In this document: positions 1 through 11,001 of the stretch, one piece after another | Numbering within the stretch: the stretch's first letter is position 1 | How the letters are laid out: the number at the start of each line of letters is the position of its first letter | Notes under the pieces: generated by a model | What the model was told of the DNA's origin: nothing | What the model saw: the letters and a program-made list of their open reading frames with translations, nothing else | Database searches by the model: none | Program-made: the position numbers and the translations under genes | Source of the DNA: Penicillus capitatus | Lineage: Eukaryota; Plantae; Chlorophyta | DNA length: 64,000 nucleotides | NCBI GenBank assembly: GCA_965649825.1 | Contig: OZ287699.1 | Span: 1,332,477 to 1,396,476, forward strand | Direction: 5' to 3'

Positions 1-669
1 GTAAATGGGCACAGATGATTCTCCCTCCCTTGTTAATGACGTCTTCAAATTGTTTATGTTTTTGATGCTCCTTCCACCAAACACGTTCCAATAGAGAAGA
101 AACGTGTTCCTCTAGTCTTCCTTGGAAGTTCCTCGAGACGGATTCTTTTATGCTTGTCAACATACTTCCAGCCATGTAATCGCCTGAACGAGCCGGGTAG
201 CTTTTCACGATGTCCTTCAAGGAATCCGGAAGGGCATAGTCTCGGAGAAAGCTGTCCAACAATGGATGTTTCAGTAGACTTTTTTTTCCGTTCTAATCCT
301 TTTCCAGAAATATGCGAAAACAATTGTTGGATGAATGTTCTTCGGAACAATAATTCGCATTCGGGGTCTTCGCTTGCTAATAGATTCAAAAAATAAACCG
401 GAGACATGCCGTAGAATACCAAGCGCCACTGAGTGGACCTCAATCGTCCGGAGAGCGTTATCAAGTTGCGTTTCGGGAATATCATCACGCACCACGGACT
501 GTAGACCAACCGTTACTGTCTTCTTTCGTATTTTGTATGCTTTCCATTTTCTGTGCTCAGCGAACTCTGCTAGTTTTCGAGTTACTGCAAATTTCGCTGT
601 TCTTCGATTTGTCGAATCGCTCTCCTCTTCGACGCCGAGGTCGGAATCGCAATCTGAATCAGTGTCCGG
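1..669 (-). mobile_element. Fanzor1-like (eukaryotic TnpB/OMEGA-type) gene, N-terminal WED/REC part; truncated by the window edge, with a frame break at 274-292
   Basis: Open minus frame 669-274 (...KAYKIRKKTVTVGLQSVVRDD...TIEVHSVALGILRHVSGLFF...), then an open frame from 280 to the edge (SLLKHPLLDSFLRDY...DYMAGSMLTSIKESVSRNFQGRLEEHV). The second segment matches in register the Fanzor1 REC motif I recall from SpuFz1 (NYLTVSMMTNLKVNVQEHFMQMLLRYI). The RuvC region lies outside the window. Confidence 0.6.
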
Positions 670-2443
670 TTAAATGGGCGAACCTACATCAGACGAACGT
701 TTTAATGCGTCCGTCGAAGGAAAGAAAAACCTGATCGTTTCATCGGAAAGACGCCGCCGCTCCAAAGCGAATACGTCAGACAACCCGTCGATCGAAGAAA
801 GCGAAAACGAATCTACTAAATGCGTCCACTCAGGCTGGACGCGGGTAATTCAAACAAGACTTACAGTGTGGCGCCGTCGTCTAGAGTGCGTCTGTCTCAG
901 CTCACGTTTTTCAGAATTCGAAGAATCTATAAGATTCGAGGTTTACGAGGCGTCGGTGACAGATTCGCTATGTCTCTTTCACGTCATTTCAAACCGTCGT
1001 GAGGCGAACAAGAGATTCGACCGACATGAACTGCTTTACATCTGGGAACACGTTCACAGTCCGCAAAGTAGACATGGCGTTCTTTTCGTCCTGTTCTAAC
1101 TCCTTCTGACGCTTGGCACATCGAATGACGTGCCTCCAGAATCTCTGAATCATATTGTACAACGTCGCGTTTTCCCAGGATTAATATCTATTTGTCGAAA
1201 GACATTCGTCTGAAGCGATTTTTACGTTGCGCGGATACGCACCGTGTTCATAACGACGCCATGTCGGCCACATTTTTCCTCAGCAAAATCGATCGCTTCG
1301 ATCTAGATCATGCCGCCCCTTAACCTGCATCAGCATACTGTCGTGCAAACCGTACACACTTCCTTTCTGATAGTGTCCAGTCATGTTCAGATCCTTTTCT
1401 TTCGAACTGTTTTTTCGCATTCTGATAAAAAAAGAAAATACTGCTAATGACATGGGCTGTTTTTCACGACGATATTAAAATCTCGCGATCTGTTTGTCGA
1501 AGTTGAAGGTTCTCTAACGTTCGCTGCCGTGTGAGATTGACAACTGACTACTTGATGACATCGTCGCTCATCCAGTCAACGCAATGCGACGATTCCATCC
1601 TTCAAAACACCATCGGTCCAATACGTTTCGTCTTTCCCGTCATGACTTGGCACCGACGCTAACAGATCTCGCAGGCGTCAGCACATCATCTCTTTCGTAT
1701 CTTGCACGGAGAGAAAGAAACGGTTCGTCGTCCACAAAGTCAACGTCAGAAGATGCCGACGCTGTGTAGAAGCCATCAACCGAAATGACTCGGATGCGTC
1801 TGCCATCGCGAGCCGCGGAAACGTAAATCAGTCCGAGAAACGGTGCAGCCAGCGGCAGTGCCGCCCCTCGTACTGTCGAGTCAACTATTAACCAACGAGC
1901 GGCTTCATGTCTTGACAGACAGTCGACCATCAATCACTTTCTACAATCGTTCCGATATGGACGGACGGACGCTCTCTGCTTTTCTCTAGCCCACAAAATA
2001 AAGATGCCGTCTGTTTGCGAACACGAGTGATGGTCCTTCTCCAGGACTATATCTCTTCTCCCAAGTCATCCTAAAAATCAACAATGTCGCTGTTTTCTTC
2101 CCCAGGCCATCAATGACCGCACAGGACCTTCAGCGTTTGCAGGGACGATTTCTAAGATTGTCGCGCGTCTACAATACCCCACATGTCCTTCCGTCACGTT
2201 GCGGGCAACTCCGATCTCGGCCTACCGCGTTGCCCGCCTACGTATTCAAAGCAGTCATTGTCCCAGAACCTTCCAGCCAAGACGCTTACGTTTGTTTTCA
2301 ACACTTATCCCTTTTCGGAAAAAGTCGCGACTGCCACGTTTCGTTGTACCGCATGCATACCGTCATCTAGCTTTTCTTTTAACGATTTTTTGTACCTGTC
2401 GTGCTGCTGAGTGTTTTAAGCCAACGAAGTGCTGAAAGGGTTT

Positions 2444-3482
2444 ATGTCTCGCCGACGCTTTATTGTCGATATCTGCGGAATGCGCTGTTTCGGACAACGT
2501 TCCAAAGTTCACACACGCTCCATAAACAGTCGCAAAAGGCTCTCTCGACGAAGGCTGCTCTCTCGTCGCGTTATGCCCACAGTCAAATGCATCGAAGACG
2601 TCGCCAAACTACTCACGGATGCCGGTCTAAGAAGATGCAGCCTCATTGTCGGAATCGATTTCACCGGAGCCAACGAAACGGGTTGCAGAACATCGTTCGC
2701 CGGTACCGTCTCGCTCTCTTCCGCACACGATACATTGAGTGCTCGATGCTGCAGGTCGAAATCTTCACGACCTTGGCGAAACTTCCAATCCTTTCCTCAT
2801 CGCTCTGAATACATTGCCACGCGTACTTGAAGGATTAGAAGATTCATGTCGCATGTTTTGTTACGGGTTTGGAGATACGACGACGAAAGAGCGTTCCGTT
2901 TTCGCTTTCTTCTCTGAGGATGCTATCGTGACCGAACACCGTAGTCTCGTGCAACGATACCGACAGATAGTGCCATTCATTGCCTTATCAGCGCCGACAT
3001 CGTGTGCACCATTAATTCGACAGGCCATGCGACGCGTGTATCAAAGTTGCATGCAGTTTCATTTGCTGCTGATTCTATTGGCAGGACCCATTTCGGCAAA
3101 CTGTCGAGCAGCCACAGCCGATGCCATTTTCCATGCCTCATATTTCCCCATCTCTATCGTAACAATCGGTATGGGCGATGGGCCATGGGATGAAATGCGT
3201 CGCTTTGAGGAGGAACTGCCTGATAGAAGATGGGAAAACTTCAGCTTTGTCGAATTTAAAGAATTTCGAAAACTCTCGAAGATGTCTGAAAAGGCCAGAG
3301 AGAAGGGCGAAGCCAAATTTGCGCTCCGGATCATGGAAGATCTTCCCTATCATTTCGAATGCATGAACGAATCTCGTGGCCCTGTCGATCAACAGAGTGT
3401 ATTCAACATCCTTTCCCGCATTCCAAATTCGATTCTGATGGGACCGCCTACAGATAACGATGAATCGAACATATGCTCTTGA
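2444..3482 (+). CDS. Copine/vWA-domain protein (RGLG-like, no RING), divergent paralog 1
   Basis: LIVGIDFTGAN, CYGFGD, PLSIV-like PISIVTIGMGDGPWDEM and WENFSFVEF motifs; 52-nt GT-AG intron 2703-2754 joins SFAG|RNLH. Confidence 0.85.
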
Positions 3483-4944
3483 TCCCCTACTAAGTCCATA
3501 GATAACGGATGCAGTGCTGCTGGAGTGTTAAAGCCAAGTACTGAATTTTGAATGTCCTGATTAACTCTTTCGAAATGACTGGAAAGAGTGATATGTCCCA
3601 TCTGGAAGTGACCATCAAGTATCGCATAGGGTGGATTCAGCATAGCCGTCATCAGTCAGACTAGAAAACCATCATCATTGTCATACGAATGAATTATGTA
3701 GGAACGCACATACAATCTTAAAGGCAGTAGATCCTCCTGCAAAGATGAAGTGCTTACACAAATAAATAGCAGATGTAAATGTAGTTGTAGAATGAGTTCG
3801 TTTCTTTTATTCACATCTTGGGACTGGCGGTTTGTACAAGAGCTTCTGCTATGATCGTCTTGCCAAATAAGGCGCAAGTGACGTTGTCGACTGGGAGATC
3901 TTGCTGAAACGGTGTAAAAAATCAAGTGTCATCTGCGCAGACACAATGTCTTCACGCACATGGCGCGATCGCGGACGCGATGAATGATCGAATTCACATG
4001 ACATAGATATTCGGCAGGAGGTTAAGACATCAACGACACACGCGTTTCTGCCAGAATGCGATTGGTCCACGATCTTCGAGAAATGCGATGATGAACACAA
4101 GACAGGTTTAGAAACACGCCAAGCTTTGGGGCCACACAGATGTTCACAGCAGAGATGTGCAAAAGCGATCTTATGATATTAACTAATCGAAAGTAATGCC
4201 GACATGCTCAAATAGAAGAGTGTGATCGTCAGAGAACGTTGGTATCCTGGAAAAGTACCAGTGATCGATATTGACGACCGTGGCAGTTTATCAGATTCAC
4301 AAACGGACACCGTTCATTTTACGAAGGATCGTTTTTAGTTCTGCTGCAAGTGGGGAATGGTAGATAAAGCGGATTGGAATACCGTTTTCAAATTTATGGA
4401 AAGAGCATATTGATATGTTTGCTGCTCAAGTATGGATCTTCAGTTCTAATGATTGTTTTATCGAACTTGAGCTCTTTCAGCTCGGCGTCTCGAAGGTCTG
4501 AAAAACAGCCTTGTGTCACGCATATCTGGTACCATCTGGCAACTTTATGATGAGTTTCTGCGAGTTCTTGCCAAGAAGCTAAAAGATAAGTTATTCATCG
4601 ATTCGGTCAGCATGCCCATCAACGAAGATTCGGACAGAAACAGCGGATGAAAAAGCAAAATACTATTAGTAAATTCAGCCAAAAGATGCACGTTCCCGGT
4701 ACTCTTCTGTTAATCATTTGCGTCATCTACACAGATTAGCAAGGCTGTGGCTCATTCATAAGTGCATAAACAGATTGGACGTTAGATTCGAAACTCTTGC
4801 CATGTATAAGGAAGAATCTTATAAATGCAGACAAGCTAACACTTCCTTCGGCACATTTCAAACGTATGCACGGGAACAGATTAAACGACTTTCTGGCGTC
4901 CATCCCCAGTATCGTTGTCATATCTGTTCAAGTCAAAGTGTGTT

Positions 4945-5930
4945 CTACGGCAAAGGCATGTTGAAATGCACTGGAGGATCGATCAGGATGGATGGTGGAA
5001 TCTCGGCGATGATCGGACGGACCCGATTCTGGGCGTTCGGGCCCATCATCTCCTCTGCGATTCTGTACTGATCCGGCAGCTCCATCAGTACCTGCAGTGC
5101 GAAACTGGCTTCCCTTCTCTCTTCTGTCACCAGGGAGGGGTTGCTCATGATCCTGTTGTACTCGACGAACTGAAAGTTATCAAACCTTCTCTGAGGGATC
5201 GCGTCGTCAAAGGTCCTCATCTCGTCCCACGGCCCGTCACCGACGCCGACCATCACGATGGAGAGTGGAAAGAATGAGGCGTCGTAGATCGCCTGCATCG
5301 TGGCAGCCTTCCAGGCACTCGATATCTGACCGTCCGCCAGAATGAGAAGCAGATGGAATCGCATGCCTGTGTAGTAGACGCGGCGCATCGCCTGGCGGAT
5401 CAGCGGCTCGAAGGAAGTAGGACCGGACAGATCCACCAGTGGAGCAATCTGCCTGTACTTTGCGAGGAGGACATCCAGTCCCCTGGGCGCGTCGTCGTTT
5501 GGGAAGAATGAGAAAACCGAGTGCTCCCGAGTGTTGACGTCTCCAAACCCGTAGCAAGGGATCAGATTGTCGTCATCAAACGAGCTCAGCGTCCTGGCGA
5601 TGAGGCTAAGTGAGACCTGATACGGATTTTGGGGCCCGGATACCGAATGGAGACACTGCCCTACAGGGGGAAGGAGGATCGTCTCCATGGCGGTTCGACT
5701 GGCGACAGGACTAACCCCCAAAAGAGCGTTCTCCTGTCCACTCGTTGGATTTTGTAAAGTCGATACCAACAAGAAGCTGACAGGATTCGAGACCGGCTTT
5801 CCTTAGTTCTCTGGTGACCTCGTCTATCGTCTCGTACTGGTCCGGTATTCTTCTGAAGGGTCGGACATTCTGCTGCGGTCTTCGTTGCCTTCTATTTTCT
5901 GCATGCGACGCTCGGCGAGAACCGTGCATC
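4945..5930 (-). CDS. Copine/vWA-domain protein (RGLG-like, no RING), paralog 2
   Basis: LLVGIDFTKSNEWTG, LIPCYGFGD, SGPTSFEPLI, ILADGQI, GVGDGPWDEM, FDNFQFV; 55-nt GT-AG intron; start codon uncertain. Confidence 0.9.
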
Positions 5931-7335
5931 AAATCTAACTGTAACCTCTGACACGAAGCTCTTCTGATATTACCTTTTCCGCGTGACGGATATTTCATCC
6001 ATATGCTGTCGTCTCGTCTCAGTTTTTACGTCCAATAGAAAGTACACAAACCACAACAATAAAGTACACCGGCTACAGGAGGTCGACAAAGCGGTTGTGC
6101 GAGACAAAGCATAACACAGATGATTTCCAAGGCTTCTTCTTCGATGCTCGCAATACAGATACGCATTTTGAACGACGATTGCTGTTTCGCAGATCCCGTT
6201 TATCGCCTTTTTAATCTTTTGATTTTCGTCAGTCTCTTTGCCACCCACACCATAAAAACATGCAGAAATGATAGCCGTCATATCGTTGCCCGAATCTCTC
6301 ACAACTGTGTGACATTCTATCCATTCCCTCCCGTCTCATCAAGCTCACCAATCAGCCAGATTTTCCAGAATGGCTAACGTGAGTGCAGCAGCATCCTGTG
6401 ACACTCGTGACAGTTATTTAAAAATAACTGGCGAGGGATTCAGTGTGTCACTGTGTCAATGTTTCCAGCCCTCTCACTCGGACCGATATGGAAAGCAGCA
6501 TTGAGGGGATGGAATGAATGCCAACACTTCTGCAATACCACCAAGGCGATTGCGGCGTTTTCTTGTTTAAGGCAGTAATAACAACGTTGAGATCTCCGAA
6601 GACTCTCGTCGACAAAGCCAAGATGCATCAGAGGCGTTACGGCGCTTGTTGATTGTTGGACGTATATCCAGACTTGGGATATTGTTGCCCTGAACAGCCA
6701 CTTGAAACCATCTCATCAAGTCGTACGGTCCCATGTAGATCACCACTCATGTATATCTCAACAAATCAGTTGTCCAACCAAACTGGAGAGTGTTTATCTT
6801 CGAGTAACAGATTACGGCGTTCTTTATATATACTTCATGCACAACAAACGATATAAGCCGTCAGATTAGAGTCAAAGTTAATAATGTCCGAAAGCCAAGA
6901 ACGACACAATCTGAACCAAACCATAATGCTATTATTGATCCTGCAGTCTGTATGGAGAATCCGGCGATCTTTATAAAGTTCAGTATGCAGATACGAACGA
7001 GAATCGACGCGGTACTGGTTAAACCAAACTACGAATACTATCTGCTAGCTACTTGTTTTATCTCTTTAACAGTGCATGTATCTGCACGCTGGGCATAAAC
7101 ATAAGCTTGAAAGAATGTCGTTATTGAAAAAGTCAGGTGGTTGTCTGATAAATGACGTTAATAATCCTCAATCGGCGGCCAAAAAATACAGCTGGAACCC
7201 ACCTTACCGCAGGACGGGGGACATTCAGTATCCGGAGACACATCTCAAATTCCTATATACCAGACTAGCAGCTATAAAAACAATTGACCACCTAGTTTGC
7301 AAGGTGGTTCAGTTTTACCGCTGTGCAAGTGTCTT

Positions 7336-8428
7336 CTACGGTAAAGGCATGTTGAAATGCACTGGAGGATCGATCAGGATGGATGGTGGAATCTCGGCGA
7401 TGATCGGACGGACCCGATTCTGCGCGTTCGGGCCCATCATCTCCTCTGCGATTCTGTACTGATCCGGCAGCTCCATCAGTGCCTGCAGTGCGAAACTGGC
7501 TTCCCTTCTCTCTTCTGTCACCAGGGAGGGGTTGCTCATGATCCTGTTGTACTCGACGAACTGAAAGTTATCAAACCTTCTCTGAGGGATCGCGTCGTCA
7601 AACGTCCTCATCTCGTCCCACGGCCCGTCACCGACGCCGACCATCACGATGGAGAGTGGAAAGAATGAGGCGTCGTAGATGGCCTGCATCGTAGCAGTCC
7701 TCCAGGCACTCGATATCTGACCGTCCGCCAGAATGAGAAGCAGATGGAATCGCATGCCGGTGTGGTAGACGTGTCGCATTGCCTGGCGGATCAGCGGCTC
7801 GAAGGACGTAGGACCGGACAGATCCACCAGTGGAGCAATCTGCCTGTACTTTGCGAGGAGGGCATCCAGTCCCCTGGCGGCATCGTTGTTCGGAAAAAAG
7901 GAGAAAACTGAGTGCTCCCGAGTGTTGACGTCTCCAAACCCGTAGCAAGGGATCAGATTGTCGTCATCGAACGAGCTCAGCGTTCTGGCGATGAGGCCAA
8001 GGGAGACCTGATAGGGATTGGGAGGCCCGGATACCGAGTGCAGACACTGTCCTACACGCGAAGGAGAATCGTCTTCTTGACGGTTCTGAGCAGCGTCAAT
8101 GCTTACCCCCAAAGGAACGTTCTCCTGTCCACTCGTTGGATTTTGTAAAGTCGATGCCAACAAGAAGCTGACAGGATTCAAGGCCGGCTTTCCTTAGTTC
8201 TCTGGTGACCTCGTCAATCGTCTCGTACTGGTCCGGTATTCTTCTGAAGGGTCGACCGTGCTGCTGCGCACCTCGGTCAGTAGCCGCTGGTACAGCTCGC
8301 GTTTCATTCTTTATGCGGTTTCGTTTTGGCTCTTTTGTCCGACCTAACGTTAGTCCTCGTGTCTTGTTCGAAGTTCGGGCAGGTACATTAACGCTTAAGC
8401 AGACGCCCATGAAAACTGCAGGCGACAC
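7336..8428 (-). CDS. Copine/vWA-domain protein (RGLG-like, no RING), paralog 3; tandem duplicate of paralog 2
   Basis: Same motifs; collinear with paralog 2 at offset 2391; 55-nt intron at the same position; start codon uncertain. Confidence 0.9.
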
Positions 8429-9922
8429 TTAATGAAGCGATGAGGTTAGTAGTGGCTGGCTTGTGAATGTCGGACCGATAGTTGTAATTTCGAAGAAAGA
8501 TGAAAGAGTGTTGTGTTATATGCAAAGAATGCAATGATCGGTACGGCCAAGTGTAGGAGAAGATGGAATCTTGTTGATGGTACATTCTATCCCTGTTTGA
8601 GAATAGCATTAAAAAACATAAACAGACATTAAGGAAAATGAGCCAAGCGAATGATATATAGAGTCGAGTGAATGATGACGATGTCGGGATGAAACAGTTT
8701 GCGAAAAACTGCTATAACAGCGTCGCAAAACGCGGCCAAACTTCGGAATTAATATGGGATTTTGATGAATGGAAGAATCTAAACCTTTGGAGTTCGTGTT
8801 CGTATGGCCCACACTACTTTGCATCTCCTCTCCAACCACACCGACTCTTTTAAATACACTGTTTTTCCCAAAAATAGACAGCGATTAAGATCGACTACCT
8901 TTGATGCGAAGACTGACTTGGAAGTAAGCCATCGTCACATGCGAGTCGCGTAGGAACTGCGTGGCAGTAGTAACTTTTAATTATGGACGCATACAACATA
9001 ATCTTCTTGTTGAAACACTCAGGAGTCCTACATATGCCACTTAAATGTCATCATTACGTCATCACAACAGCCTCTCGTCCATACGTCTTCTTAATGACGT
9101 CATGTCTCGTTCGAGACATGCATGCATCCAACGCCTCAACGAACCGTAGCGCTGTTCACATTAATGAGCTCTGATCTTGAACTCCGCATGAGTGGCACGT
9201 TTGCACAAACGAAAGCATGCAAAACTGCCAACGTTATTGCTATTATATTACTTCCAATGACAGTTGTGCCCTCAATCCCTGCCTTGAACAAAAAATACAT
9301 TGTACACAAACGGCATTTCAGTGGGAGGTTTTCCTTGCATAAGGCACCCGCCTATGCCTATGCCAATGGATCGAGCGATGACTGTTTTGCCTTTTGGAAA
9401 TGACTTTTATCGACTATTAGAAGAATCTTTTTGGCATCGGTAAAGCATTCCTAAGCTTCTCTTGATTCAGTGCAGTAAGTGAGTTTGTCAATGAAGGAGT
9501 CTTCGCGTCTAACACATGTTTATCCGAGATCAGGGAATCGCACATAACTCTTTGCTCGATGAATAAAGTGCGCTAAACGAAAGATCAAAAGTTTCGCGAC
9601 TGTCCTTTACGTACGTCGATGCCTACTGATATCATATCACACTTATCGATTGATCTCGATATTGTCTGTTAATCGAAGAGTGACAACCAATACTAGAACT
9701 ATATCGTGTCGCGGGTTCTTTTGTGTTCAGAATCGAGAATTGGCGTAAGTCGAGTTTTGGTACTCTCGAACGATTTTTGGGTCGTTCAGAGTAGTGTCGT
9801 ATCCGTTAAAAAGCTCTTGGAGTTCGAAGGGAACACGCAGATGTGTACGTCTGTTCATCACAAGATCACCAACAAACGTTCTGCTATTCAAAACCTGCAA
9901 ACGTCTTTTCATCGTTTCGGGA

Positions 9923-10880
9923 ATGAAGTGCATACAGCGCTCTGCAATTCGTGTCTCTCCTGTATGGCACCGTCCCGCCACCAATCGGTGGAAGCCGCCT
10001 CCATTAGAGGTGCGCTGCCTCTCAAAGAAAAGAAAGGAAGACGAGAAATCTTGGGCCGAAATCGCGGAAGGAGCAGTCGACATCGCAAAGTGAAATACTG
10101 CTCAATACTATTATCGACTCCCGGGACATCTTTCTGTGCAGAGCTGTCGTTAACAAGGTGATCAAAACAGGAGAGAACATTATCAAGACCCCCGACAAGA
10201 GAAACAGCGCCACGACCAAGAAAAGCAGAGAAGACAGTGGCAGCATGACCCGATCTGGAGGTGATGCATTGCCACTAGGGTTTCTTAAAACAGGTAGCGT
10301 CACACAGATCTTCTCTCGAGTTTGGTGGGACAGACGATGGGTCGATTGATGGGTAATGTCATTCGCGGACTGTCTGAACAGGTTCATAGATTCTGTCTCG
10401 TTTTTGGTGCGACGGGATTGATGTTATGCAGATAGCCGAGACACAGAGACAGTCAAAAGATGTATACTCCATCGCTACCGAACGTCTGCAGCGCGACAGT
10501 CAAATCCGTTCTGCGTATCGTCTTCAGATACTGCAGTGTACACAGGAAGATGCCCTGTAGCTTAGGAGGCGTGGTATCCTGTGGCATGCCTTACTCTCAA
10601 TCTTCGTCCAGTCAATCCATCAACGGTGTGACTTCCAAAAGAACAGTCCTCGAGTTTTCTCTCTCTGGATCGAGAAGCAATGCGACAGCACAAGTCGAAG
10701 CCATCGAAGACGCTTCGCGAAAACGAGATATCAAAATCAGGGTCTCCTTTCTCCAATCGCACGCCTGTGTTGTACAACATTGTGGATTAGGTCCGGCTGT
10801 CGTCCGGAGAGGAAATTCGTTTGGATCGAGATTCGAATGGCGGCGGTCGTACGATCGACGTGGAATGGAAAGATGTCTGA
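9923..10880 (+). CDS. Multi-exon uncharacterized protein with a predicted organelle transit peptide
   Basis: Exons joined by ~45-55 nt GT-AG introns give MKCIQRSAIRVSP...LVGQTMGRLMGNVIRGLSEQIAETQRQ...LGGVVSCGMPYSQSSSSQSING...GGGRTIDVEWKDV*. Confidence 0.6.
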
Positions 10881-11001
10881 GGCAGGCGATAAGAATACGA
10901 TCGTCAGTCATTGTTGTGCCAAACCCTCATGTGAAAAGCATTAATTGGAGATGTTGTTATCACGTCTGTTACGTCCGTTTGGTTTACCCACACGTGTGAT
11001 A

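Noticed and set aside
54-509. 151-aa ORF from the track as the real product
   Set aside because: The recognisable Fanzor-like motifs lie in the other two minus frames
9101-9120. Perfect 9-bp inverted repeat CATGTCTCG-TT-CGAGACATG
   Set aside because: Isolated and short with no T-tract or second copy; plausible by chance in 64 kb
10022-10387. Hydrophobic minus-strand ORF resembling a membrane protein
   Set aside because: Antisense shadow of Lys/Arg/Glu-rich + strand exons of the 9923-10880 gene
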